NCBI RefSeq assembly: GCF_009914755.1
Contig: NC_060935.1
Length of the DNA stretch: 64,000 bases
From: the human T2T-CHM13v2.0 reference genome, Homo sapiens
Strand: one strand, 5' to 3'
Position 1 is the first letter of the stretch, and every line of letters begins with the position of its first letter. Shown here piece after piece: positions 29,501 through 44,050 of the stretch. The position numbers and the translations under genes were made by a program. Below the pieces are notes generated by a model that ran no database searches, had not been told where the DNA came from, and saw only the letters and a list, made by a program, of their open reading frames with translations.

Positions 29501-31119
29501 AGTGGCTTTAACACAGTAATCATGTAAGATTCCAAATGGAAAAAAAGGACTGAACAGCCCCAAGACACTCTTGGATTATTTTATAAACATAAATATATTT
29601 TACAAATTAATTTGAAAACAATTAACTAATTAGTTACAATGCTGCCACCATCCTCAAAACAATTAAACAATATGCAGTAAATTTATTATCTGACTTTGAC
29701 TTTTCCAAGTTTAATGTCTTTAAGTTGTCATCATCTGAAAAACAGGAGAGAAAATATATGCTTTTTGGAAATGGAAATAAAGAATCACAACATTACAGCA
29801 TGAAAAATGTCACCATAATATGTACATATTTTTAAAAAATGAACGTAAGTCATAATGCTAAAGTAGCATTATGCTAAAGTCGTATTGAAATAGAAAATGC
29901 CAAAATTAATTCCTCTTACTTTGAAAGAATCTGTTTCCATTAACCAATATTTATTCAATGAAATGCAGGACTTTATCTTCTCTAATTTTTATAAATAATA
30001 ATGATTAAAAGAGTACTATCAAAAATCGCGAGCTGGACTTCAGTTCTCACCTATAATTTAAGCAAGGATGTAAACGTTTTGATGTATTATAAATTATCAG
30101 TTGCATTGTTTCTGGTTTTTTCTTTCCCTTTTCAAATTAAAGCTTTTCTCTTTCAAGAAATTTGAGAGAAAAGGAAGATAGAATTCAGAACTATTTTGTT
30201 TTTAAAATATCATGCATAATAAATTACAAAGCAATGTTTCTGCTTCCTAAGTACTTAGGTTTCGGGCCAGGTAAGTCAAGAATGCTTTATCACAGCTGAG
30301 TAATGTTTTCGCTAATTAACTTAGTAATTAATTTTATGATGTAAGAAAAATGAAAAGAAAGAGTATGTGAGATATTGATTTCCTAATCTGTGTGGTGATA
30401 TTTTGGGAACAATTTTAAATTACTTCTAGTCAGACAAACCTGCAGCAGTATTAACTCCCACACTGTACAAAATAAAGGTATTTCAGATAGATCAAAAATA
30501 AATAAACAAATTGTCATTAAACTTACAGCATGGGGAAGAGGAAGAGATAATGTGACAAATCTTTATTGCACTTTACAACAATCTACCTATAAGCAAACAC
30601 TTATTTTCCCTTTACCTCGTGATATTTAAACTTAGAAATGCTAAAACACTAGAAACAACATAAAAAATATCTTCAAAATATTTTAGTGAGGAGAACAATT
30701 ACTGCTGGCTCTATGTGCAGATTTTCTGTTGCTTATTAACACTTTGAGAAAATAGTAAAGCAATTCCTTTTATTTTTACCATAGGAATCATAAATTTCAA
30801 ATGTAATAAATTTTTCTATTTACCCAAGAACAATGATAACTTATCAAAAGTATCCATGACCTTGGTTTACAATTAAATCCAGCAAAATATATTTATATCC
30901 CCACTGATTATCCATCTCACATTTTTCATTAGGAAACACAGAGTTGCACATGCCAGTTACTGTACATTTTTCCACAGTGGCAAGTGCTCCACAATACAGT
31001 GGGATAAAATTGGAACTTGGAGAGCTTGAAGAGCACTCTTAAATTTTAATTAAAACCCTCCAAGCTCACTAAAAATAATTAGACACTAAAATGTGCCAGT
31101 TTTATTTTGAAGTCACTAT

Positions 31120-31320
31120 AACGTACAAAGCACACTCCCTGACGACTGCTCATGCTCTTCTCTCTCTCTCCCCGTCTCCCTCTCTCTCCAATGAAACAAC
31201 TGATTTTCCAAATAAGAACAAGGGAGTATAAATAGAGGCTGTTTTCAGGCCTGCTCTTCACGCTGGGAAGCTGACAGAAAGACAGCGGAGTGGGTTTTTC
31301 AGACTACACCAAATAAACCT
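31120..31320. promoter_or_regulatory. Candidate intronic enhancer / internal promoter
   Basis: Non-repetitive and GC-richer than the flanks. E-box CAACTG 31197-31202, CArG-like CCAAATAAGA 31208-31217, MEF2/TATA-like GTATAAATAG 31226-31235, and a CT tract. Motif evidence only. Confidence 0.4.
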
Positions 31321-32132
31321 AGAATAACTTCCCTAACCAAGAGTACGAATCACTAACAAACTCTAGATAAAATCCAGTCTGCAAGTAACACCATGAGTTA
31401 TATTACTGATCTTTTTTGATCCAAAAGTCAAACCTTTAACCTCTTAAATGTTTTTGCTATCTTAAAATATCTCATACAATACTATATTCCGTCCTATTTT
31501 TAGCCAAGCAGCAAGAGAAAGCATGCCTTTCCCATACAGCAGGGCAATGATATAAACATCAACACAGATGCTCTGCCAGGAGGAGCTGGACTTCTCAAGC
31601 ACTTGATCATTAAGGAATGCACCAACTGTTTTGGATAATCTCGTGCCAGCTCCCCTTTTGCTCCACACTCCCCTCTGGGAGTGGCCAATCTTGTCCTGGT
31701 CCTAATTTTTCATTTTACTCCTCCATAACACCCCTCCCCCATTACCAAAAAGATGAGAAATGGCATTTATGCCTAGCAATGAAAAAGCAGGCTCACTTCC
31801 CCAAACAGACCAAAACTTTAAAACAATTAACCCTCCCCTCTTCTTTCAGATAAATTACTAAGTATAAAATGCAATCTGTTTCCTTTGTTTACTCAATATG
31901 AACAATTTGTAAATGACTCAAGGATAAAATTCAGAAAATGTTGTGCTAAATTAGAACCATTATAAACATGCTAATGACTCAATGCTTGAGTAAAACATGC
32001 ATGATCGGTGTGAAAAAATAGATTTAGTTCCTGTGAAATTCTGTTGTGCTGCCTTAAAACGATTTGGTCATTAAATCAGATATATTCCTTCCAGGAAAAA
32101 TGTTAATTCCAAAACCACTTTACTAGATAATA

Positions 32133-32134
<2 letters not shown>

Positions 32135-32179
<45 letters not shown>
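32135..32179. repeat. (GT)n microsatellite, ~22 units
   Basis: Pure dinucleotide run. Confidence 0.98.
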
Positions 32180-32180
<1 letters not shown>

Positions 32181-32589
32181 CAGTGGAAGCTATTGGAAAT
32201 GTAATTAGAACTGTTAGATGCAAGATTTTGGAATGCTCATAAGGAAGAAAAAGCTCCATACCACATTTGAAACCTGTACATACACATACAGACATCATCA
32301 TAATCGGTACAATATTCTCTCTATACACAATTTTTATCTGCCAAATTCTTAGATATTTTTTTCATAGGCATTCCTTAAAACCAGTACTTAACATACGTCA
32401 ATGAAAGTCACATTGTTCTATAGGTGCAGGTAAGAGTTATCTCTTTTATCTGCTTTCCAAGGCTGCCTAACACCTATAACAATAACAGAAATTGTTCAAA
32501 AGCAACTTCTGAAATTTCCTTCAAAGCACAACTGTTATCAATGCCAATCTAGAAAAAGAGGGAAACATACAGCGGATGATTCAGAAACC

Positions 32590-32750
32590 TATGGCCTGCT
32601 GCTATAACTAAAAAAGACTTCAATGATCATAAAGACCAATACCCTCATTTCAGAAATGAGAAAACAGAGTCAAGATAAGGAAGTCACCTGTCTTGCCAAT
32701 GTCAAAATGTTGGTGACAGAGCCCTAACTACAGTGCAGTGCTTGTTTTGC
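32590..32750 (-). mobile_element. MIR fragment
   Basis: ccctcatttcagaaatgagaaaacagag...cttgccaatgtca. Confidence 0.65.
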
Positions 32751-33419
32751 TGACATGACTATTTAAATCATTATTTGAACATAGGTTTGATTGTCCCCAC
32801 AATGTAGTATCCAAAAGTGAAAAATAAAAAAATTACTAATTATTTGCTTCAGATATGAAGTAAGACATCTAATTCTTTGGAGAGGGGTGCAAAAAATCCT
32901 GCATATTGCAATGAAAACCAATAGTGGTCAACTGCCAGTTCTCCTATGCACACTCACTTATGCTGGTTTTCCTTTCCTCCACAATTCTTTTTCCATAATG
33001 CTTTATTTTGTTTGAATTAAAAGCTCTCCTTTTCTGAATACCATCCACTAATGAATAGGTAACAGTTTCCTAAAATTACTGTTGAACTCATAAGGTAATT
33101 CCTTCCAAGGTAAGTTTTATTTTCATCTATCAGAAGTACATGTGCAGGCTGAAGCCTTGGTTTTTCACTGTATCTTATTGCCCAGGAGGTCTTCAGATGT
33201 GCCACAATTTTAATGGAATAAAAACATTCCATTAGAAACTATGGCTGTCCATGTTGCTAAAATATTACTCATCGTGACATCTTCTCTATCCCCTATTTTC
33301 TGCTCCTGCTTTTTGGGTTCTACAACTATTTGTTTTATTTTTACTTTTTAAAATACATACTTCACTTTTTTAAAACTGTATTCTAATTTCTGTGGAGATA
33401 ATAATTTCTGTATCCAGTG

Positions 33420-33870
33420 TGTCCTATATTCTTTATTTTGGTTTCTTTGGGAAAATATTTCTGACTGCTGTTGTCTTGATGAGAGTGGTCAATCATAGTT
33501 CTGTGTTGCTTGCCTTCTACTGCTCCCCCTTGCCACACAAAGACAAATTCAATCCAATCAGAATTACTTGCTGGAACTATCTAAAGGCTCTCTCATGCTC
33601 AGGTTGGAAGCTATATGCATGTGGACAGTCATGACCATCCCACCTGGCACATAGATAGAGCCTGCCTGCAATAAGAGTGAATGAAGCCAAAAATAGAAAG
33701 AAAAGCAGAAGGAGCAGCAGTAAGAATAGATACAGAAAAAAATCTTTACCTCATGTTAGCATACTTACATCCCAAAATAGATAAAACAGAATTTTATTCC
33801 TGGGCTTTTGGTAATGTAAGCCAATACATTCCTATTAATTTGAGTTGGGTTTCTGCAAGTTGCAACTTAA
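33420..33870 (+). mobile_element. MLT1-type (MaLR) solo LTR
   Basis: agagcctgcctgca...gaatgaagcca; terminal aagccaatacattcc...tttgagttgggtttctg...ttgcaac. Confidence 0.7.
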
Positions 33871-34005
33871 AAAAATCTAAACATTATGAAAACCATAACC
33901 AAAAGTGTCATACATACACGAATGTGCTATATTCTAAATTTTAACCATCTGGAAACCACCAAAGAGTTAACTTGTACTACCACATTGAAATATTTATTAT
34001 GTATA

Positions 34006-34330
34006 CAGTCATGAGCTGCATAAAGACAAACTCCACATACAATGGTAGTCTTGCATAAGAGTATAATGTCATATATTTACTGTAACTTTTCTATGTTTAG
34101 ATCCACAATTATTTATCATTGTATTACAACTGCCTACAGTGTTTAGTACAGTAACATGCTGCACAGGTTTGTAGCCTAAGATCAATAGGTTATACTATAT
34201 AGCCTAGGTGTGTACTAGGCCATACCATGTAGGTTTGTGTAAGTACCCTCTATGATGTTTGCATGACAATGAAATTGCCTAAGGATGCATTTCTCTGAAT
34301 GTATCCTCATTGTGAAGCGACATGTGACTG
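34006..34330 (+). mobile_element. Tigger3a/MER7A-type Tc1-mariner MITE
   Basis: TIRs cagtcatg.../...catgtgactg following TA; internal cagtaacatgctgcacaggtttgtagccta. Confidence 0.9.
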
Positions 34331-34709
34331 TGCTTTGAAACAAACTTCTTGCTTCATTGAAAGATATACAAAGACCTTAAGGTAAATGTTTAAAGCATTG
34401 CTACTTACAATAACTTGTCTATATAAATTAGGACTTTCTCAACATGATGCAACCAAAAGAAAACACACCAGAAATTAAGTGAAAACTGAGGCTCATTAAA
34501 AAAAAACAAAAAAAAAACCTTTCCTCTGAGATCAGCAGTCCCTAATTTCAAAGTTACGTGTTCAAAACAGCTTCACTGTTCTGATTAATTGACTTTATAG
34601 TTAATGTCATAATATTAAATTATAAAATGTTTTTACTGATAAAATATCCATTTTTATCTATTTTACTTTATATATTGGCAATCCACAAAAGATCAATTTA
34701 AAACAAGGT

Positions 34710-35320
34710 TATAGTCCTCAATTTGGTTTTAAGGACCCTTTATAGTTTGACCCTGCTGATTAAGTTCCTATTATTCTATTTACTTGAAACTCTTCTTTTT
34801 GTCCAAATGAGTACACCAAGCATGCCTATCTCCACTGTACATACCTGTGCTTTTTCACTTCCCCTCTTTGATCACCACATCCTCCTGACCTGAATGTCTC
34901 CCCACTTTTTGACTTACGAAAAACCCTCCTATTCTACTGTGCCTACATCAAATGCCAACTCCTCAATTATGCCTTGATTCATCACTTCAAACATAAATTC
35001 TCGTCCCCTCAAGGAAAATAATTAACGCTTGCTGAGCACATATCTGTCAGGCACTGTATTTTTTATATTCTTCTCATGTATTAATCAACTAATTTAACTC
35101 TAAATTTCATGACTCCTTTTACATCTACCACCACTAGTACTTATCAATTTTTACCACCATCTGATTAATTATGTGATCAAGTTTATACCACAATATGATA
35201 ACTACATATTAAGTTTCTTGATGGTCAGGGAATGTTTCTGATACCACTTTGTGTTTTTCCATAATGCTTAACCCAGAGCTCTGCACATAATAAGTGCTAA
35301 AACTAATTCCTTGATATACA
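34710..35320 (+). mobile_element. L2 3' fragment
   Basis: catcaaatgccaactcctc...aagtttcttgatggtcaggga...ctgcacataataagtgct. Confidence 0.65.
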
Positions 35321-35364
35321 TAAAAAGATCAAGACTATTGTGTGTCAAGCAGCTATAAAACTAG

Positions 35365-38300
35365 TTTTTTTAATTAACTATATTCATATATAATTTACAT
35401 ATAATAAAATGCGCCCATTTAAAATATAAATTTAATAAGTTTTGACAAATTATATACTCATGTAGCTCCACCCCCCCGAAAGAAGATACAGAACATTTCT
35501 AAAAAGTTATCTTATGCTCCCTTTCCAGGCAATCATCCATGCTCCTGGACTCAGGCAACCACTGATATGATTTCTATCACTATAAAATAATTTTGCCTAT
35601 TCTTGAATTTCATAAAAATGAAAGTATACAATATATTCTTTTTTGGATATGGATTCATTCACTCAGCATAAAGTTCTTGAGATTCATTCCTGTTGTAGCA
35701 TGAATTAGTAGTCTGGTCCTTTTTATTAATTTCCATTTTATGAACACACCACATAATGTGTGTATAATGTGTATCTATTCATCTGTCTATGGACATGTGG
35801 GTTGTTTTCAGTTTAGATGTATTAGAAATAAAACTAATATACAAATTCATTCACAAGTCTTTTTATGAATATATATCTATTTTTCCCCCTTAAAAATTGA
35901 ATTTCCTGTAAAATTGGGGAGCTATGTGCCTGACTTTATTTTTATAAACTGCCAAAAGGTTTTCCAAAGTGGTTGCACCATTTTATACTTCTACCAACAA
36001 CGTATGAGTGTTCTAGTTGTTTCATATCCTCAACAATATGTCTTAGTGTTAGCACTTTAATTTTGTCACCCAGAGGATAAGAAGTGGTATTTTAATGTAG
36101 TTTTATTTGTATTTCCTTAATGACTAAGATATTGAGCATATTTTCATATGCTTTTTGACCATTCATATATATTTTGCCCATTTTTACACTGGGTTGTGTA
36201 GTCGTCTCTCAAATATATGTAATGTAAACATTTTTACCTAGTCTACAGCATGCCTTTTTGTTTTCACAAGGTGTCTTTTGAGGAGCTAGAGTTTTCACTT
36301 TAATGTGATTTGATTATCAATTTTTTAATGACTAGTATTTTCTGGATTCTCTCTATGAAATTTTTGTCTTTTCAATATCACAAAGATTTTTTTCCTATGT
36401 TTTCTTCTAGAAACTTTAGAGTTTAGTTTTATATTTAGGTCTATGATCAATTTTAATTTATTTTGTATGTATGGCATGAGGTAAAAGATAAAGTCAGTTT
36501 TCTTTCATATAAATATCCAGTTGTTCCAGCAACATTTTTCAAAAAGATTATCTTTTTCCCAATGAGTTATCTTGTCTTAACTGTTGAAAATCAAATGACT
36601 GTGTATAGAGTGTGTATGTGTGTGTGTGTTTGTGTGTGTGTTTGTAGATCTATTTCTTAATTCTTTTCTGTTCTATTAATCAATTCATTATCCTCACTAT
36701 AATACCAAACTGTCTTCATTGTTGCAGCCTTATAATAAGTTTTGAAATCACGTGGAATAAGAATTTGTTCTTCTATTTCAAATTTGTTTTGGCTACGCTA
36801 GGTCCTTTGCATTTTCAGATAAATTTTAGAATTGGTTTGCCTACCAAAAAAGAAAAGACTTTCTGGAATTCTGATTGAATTTGTCTTGAATTTACAGGCA
36901 ATTTTTAAGACTATATTTAATATTAGCATTTAAAGATATAAATTTCCTTCTAAGTATTACTTTAGCTGCATCCCACACATTTCGTTAGGTTGGGTTTTCA
37001 TTATCATTTAGTTTAAAATACTTTACAATTTTCCTTGTTCTTTCTTCTTTGGTAAATGGTTTATTTAGAAATATGTGGTTTAATTGCCAAATAATTTGAA
37101 TTTAAAAATGTTTCATATTGTTATTGATTTGTACTTCATTTCCATGTCAGAAAATATACCCATTATAGTTTCATTCATTTTACATTTGAGATTTGTTTTA
37201 TAGTCCAGCATGTGCCTTATCTTGGGGATGTTCCTTATTCCCTTGAAAATAATAATTATCCAGATGTTTTTTAGTGTAGTGTTCTAGCAACATCAGTTAG
37301 GTTAAGTTGATAATTTTGTTCAGGTCTTCTACAGTCTTACAGATTTTTCTGTCTACTTGTTTTATCATATTCTAAAAGAGGTGTGTTAAAATCACCAAGA
37401 ATAATTAGATTGTGGCTGTGTCTTTTTCTTCTTTTAGTTCTGTCATTATTTTGCTTCATGTATTTTAAAGCTCTGTTATTATTAATACATGTATATATGC
37501 AGAAATATTATGTCTTCTTGGTTAATTGAACCTTTAATCATTATGAAATGTCCTTCTTTATCTCTGATAATATTCCTTCTCCTGGAGTCTACTTTTATAT
37601 TAATATAGCCTTTTAAGCCTTCTTATCATTAGTGTTTTCATGGTACATCTTCAAAAAACTTTTAACATATTTACATCTTTATATTTATTATGTCTCTTGT
37701 AGTTAGCATATTAATTGGGTCTTGTTTTTTGTTAATCCAATCTGATAATCTCTGCCTTTTAAAAATTAGTATAATTAGTCCATTTAGATTTAATGTAATA
37801 ACTGTTAAGTCTACCATCTTGCTATTTTTAATTTGTCCTTTGTTCCTTTGTTCCTCTTTTCTTGGCTTTTTAATTATTATTTTTTTTAGAATTCTACTTA
37901 TCTCCTTTGTTGGTTTATTAACTATACCTCTTTATTTCATTATTTAAATGATTGATCCAGGGTTTATTATATGCATCTTTAACTTACAACAGTCTACCTT
38001 CAATAATATACCATTTCAAATACAATGTAAGGAACTTTAAAACACCTTTATTTTGTATTATTGCTGTCATAGGTATTAGTTCCATATGTTTTAAACCTCA
38101 TTATACATGGTTATTGTTTATTCTATAGAATCAATCATATTTTAAGTAAATTAATCATTAGAAATTAAATGTCATATATTTGCCTCCAGAGTAACCATTT
38201 ACAGTAACCTTCATTACTTTTTAAAATCTAAGTTTCCATCTAGTATTATTTTCTTCAGCCTGAAGAAGTTTTTTAAAATTTTTAAAATTAAAATCTGCTA

Positions 38301-38610
38301 GCAATAAATTGTCTGAACTTTTATTTTTCTTTAATGTCTTTATTTCACCTTCAGATGTGAATATTTTTTCTAATTATAAAATTGTAGGTTGCAATTTTTT
38401 TAGGACCTCAAAGTATGTCATTGTGATATCTAACTGAATTGTTTCTGATGTGAGGAATCATTTCTATCTTTGCTCCACTGTATATAACATATCTTTGGCT
38501 ACTTCTAAGACTCTCTTTCATTTGTTTCCAGCCATTTGATTTTGATGTGCTTTGGTATACATTCTTCCCTGTGTTTATACTTCTTGGATCTAAGGGATTA
38601 TATTTTTTAA
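35365..38610 (-). mobile_element. Old L1M (MD/ME-type) body, sense to SOX6
   Basis: Reverse 3' end (taatttacatataataaaatgcgcccattt) followed by T-rich reverse ORF2/ORF1 remnants. Confidence 0.85.
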
Positions 38611-38611
38611 C

Positions 38612-39271
38612 AAATTTATTTATTTTTAATTTTTCATTATTATGGGCACATAATAGTTGTATATATTTACAGGTACATGTGATGTTTTGATACAAGCATG
38701 CAATGTGTAAATATCAAATCAAGGTAACTTGGGTATCCATCACCTTAAGTATTTGCCATTTCTTTGTGTTAGAAACATTCCAGTTCTATTCTTCTAGTTA
38801 TTTTTAAATACATGGCAAATTATCATTAACTATAGAAACCCTCCTGTGATACCAAATACTAGCTCTTTTTCATTATATATATTTTTGTACCCATCAACTA
38901 TCCCCATTTTATCCCCTGCTCCCCATTATCCTTCCCAGCTACTGGTAATCATCATTCTACTATCTATGTCCGTGAGTTCATTTGTTTTTTAAGCTCTCAC
39001 ATATGAGTGAGAATATGTCACAAATATCTTTCTGTGACTGGCTTATTTTTCTTAACGTAATATCCTTTTGTTGAATCCATGTTGTTGTAAACAACAAGAT
39101 TTTATTCCTTTTTATCGCTGAATAATATTTATTGTGTATATGTGCCATGTACCACATTTTATATCCATTCATCTGTTGATAGACACTTAGGTTGACTCCG
39201 TATTTGGCTATTGTGAGTAGTGCTGCAATAAATATGGAAATGCAGACATCTCAATATACTGATTTCCTTTC
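38612..39271 (-). mobile_element. L1MA-type 3' end nested in the older L1
   Basis: atttatttatttttaa...gggcacataatagttgtatatattt...gacacttaggttgactcc. Confidence 0.88.
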
Positions 39272-39638
39272 TGTATTAGTCCATTCTCATGCTGCTGTAA
39301 AGAACTGCCCGAGACTGGGTAATTTATAAAGAAAACAGCTTTAATTGACTCACAGTTCTGCAGGGCTGGGGAGGCCTCAGGAAATTTACAATCATGGCAG
39401 AAGGGAAAGCAAACATGTCCATCTTCACATGGTGATAGGAAGGAGAAGAATGAGAACTGAGTAAAGTGGGAAGCCCCTTATAAAACCATCAGATCTTATG
39501 AGAACTTACTGTCACAAGAATAGCATGGGGTAAACCACCTACAATTACCTCCCACCAGGTCCCTTCCATGACACATGGGGACTATAAGAACTACAATTCA
39601 AGATGAGATTTGGGTGGGGAAACAGCCAAACCATATCA
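39272..39638 (-). mobile_element. THE1 (C/D-like) MaLR 3' LTR
   Basis: tgtattagtccattctcatgctgct...gagatttgggtggggaaacagccaaaccatatca. Confidence 0.93.
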
Positions 39639-41504
<1,866 letters not shown>

Positions 41505-41574
41505 TCTGACATGTACCAGTAATAAATTTACCAAATTATACCAAAAATAAATTTATCAGACCCAGTACCAGGAT

Positions 41575-41776
41575 CTGATAAATGCCACCAGGTAGAAAGC
41601 CAAGCTAATCTCATGGCTTACTTTATTTTCCTTCTCTCATATACTGCAGTCTAGTGCTAACTATTGTCTAATTTCTTAAAACAGTTATTTCATACAGTTG
41701 ATCAAGCGTTCTCATTGTTTATATTACGAGGTTAATTCCAGTACCAGTTACTTCTTTATGGCCAGAAGCAGAAGTA
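41575..41776 (-). mobile_element. 5' end of an old L1M element (probably belonging to the 35365-38610 body)
   Basis: ccagtaccagttacttctttatggccagaagcagaagt matches the reverse of a recalled L1M 5' terminus. Confidence 0.65.
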
Positions 41777-41923
41777 GAATATTACTTTTTAAAAGGCTGT
41801 TGTCTCAGAAAATGATTCTCTACGATTTACTTTTTTAAAAGACAGTTTAGGGGTTTCCCCACTAAGTTTCTATAATATTTTGGCTTTCATTTAGAGGCAG
41901 AGGGGAAGCCAAACTTTATAAAG

Positions 41924-42093
41924 CAGGAGTCCCCAACCCCTGGGCCATGGACTGGTACCAGCCTTACTGGTACCAGCATTACCACCTGAGCTCTGTCTCC
42001 TGTGAGATCAGCAGTGGCGTTTGATTCTCATAGGACTGAGAACCTTATTGTGAATGGTACATGCAAGAGATCTATACTGTGCTCTCCTTATGA
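41924..42093 (+). mobile_element. MER1B hAT-Charlie fragment
   Basis: caggagtccccaacccctgggccatggactggtacc...gagatcagcagtggcgtttgattctcatagg. Confidence 0.88.
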
Positions 42094-42249
42094 TAAAGAA
42101 TTTTGAGTGCCATTAAATTTTATAAAACATAATTGCAAGCCACGGCCTTCCTTTTTTTTAGAATAATAGAATATCAAGGCTAAAAGAGCTTCTGGAGATT
42201 TAACAGAATGAAAATAGGAAACCATAAGCTTAAAACCTAGCATTAGAAA

Positions 42250-44050
42250 TTATATCACATATAAATGGACTAAGCATGACATATTAAAGAAAGATAGTAA
42301 AAAGCGAATGAAAACCAGATCTCAATTAGGTTGTTTATAACAGATAAACTTTAACTATAAAAACACAAAAAATATTCAAAGTAAACAAGATAAGTGGGGT
42401 TATATCATGTAAACACTAACTCCAAAAAAGCTGATGTAGATGTATTAATATCAGATAATTAATACTCTAAGTCAAGAAGCATCAATAAAGAAAAGTATCA
42501 CATAATAATAACAGGAACAATCCAACAATCCTAAAATTACATAAAACCAATAACATAAACCAAAGCTGACAAAGAAAAATAAGATATATCCACATGATTG
42601 AGATTTTAACATAGCTGCCTCAATAGAATAAGAGAAAAATCAACAGAGATATAGAATATTTAAATAATAAGATTAACTTACATTAACTAATTCACATATA
42701 TCAAACATTACACTCAACAATTACAAAATATACATTTTGTTCAAGTGCACATAGAAAATGACTCATATAGATCACATGTTGAATGATAAATCAAGTCTAA
42801 ACAAATTTTAAAACCATAGAGTGTATGGCCTTTTATCACAATGGAATCAAAACAGAATTCTGTAATAGAAATATAACTAGAAAGTCCCTCAAATGATTGG
42901 GATTAAAACAATCTATGGGGCAAAAATAAACACAGTGAAAATTAGAAAATATTTCAAACTGAGTTATAATGAAAATCTGACATCTCAAATTTTTATGTCT
43001 GCTAATGCAGTTATTAGAACTTTAAATTAGTATATTACAAAAGCAGAAAGGTTAAAAATTAATTACCTAAGCTCTATCTTAAAAGCTGGAAAAAGAAATA
43101 AACGCCCAAAAATGAACAATTAAGGAAATACCAGAGAGCATCAGTGAAATAGAAACTGTAGTCTCACAGAGCAAAATAAGCAAAACTAAAAGATAGTTCT
43201 TTGAAAAGATTAATGAAATTAATAAACTTTTAGGAAGATTGATCAAGTAATAAAGAGCAAAAACATTATTTATATCAATAATGAAAAAGGAGACATTATT
43301 CCATATATATGTATTCTTACAGACATTGATAAAGAGAATAGTATGAAGAAGATTATGCTAATAAATTTGAAACTTTAAATAAAACAGAAAACTTCCTGCA
43401 AAATATACATATCAAAATAGAAAACAGAAATAGTGCTATATAAAGATATTGGATCTATAATGTAAAGCCCTCTCACAGAGATGACTCCAGGTCCTGATTG
43501 CCACACTGGTGAATTGTTCCAAACATTCATGGAGGAAATAATACCAATGTAGTACAAACTTGGGAAACACTATCCAACTCATGTTAGGGGACCAGCCAAA
43601 TATCGACAGGGACATTATGAAAAAAAAATAACTTCCAGAATCTCCGTCATAATCATAGATGCAAAAATTCTCAAAAAAATTAGCAAATATAATCTGACAA
43701 TATATAAAAGGACCAAGAGGGTTTATTCCAGGAATGCGAAGTTGCTTGAAGATTCAAACACCAATCAATATAACATAATAAACATAAAAAATCACATAAT
43801 TATATAAGATGCAAATAAAACACTTTATAACATTCAGTATCCATTTGTAATTTTCTTTTAAAAAAAAAAGAACTCTCAGCAATGTAAGACTAGGAGAGTA
43901 CCTTCAGAAAACATCATTATTAATGGTAAAACAATGAATGCTTTCGTCTGAACTCAGGAACAAAACAAAAATATCTACTATTACTCCTCTATGCAATATT
44001 ATCCTGGTGATCTTAGAGAAATAAGAAAAAGAAGCAAAAAGAACATATCG
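42250..44050 (+). mobile_element. Old L1M ORF2 remnant (host; resumes at ~50880)
   Basis: Endonuclease/RT-region-like motifs (ccaggtcctgattgccacactggtgaattg, gggtttattccaggaatgc). Confidence 0.8.
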
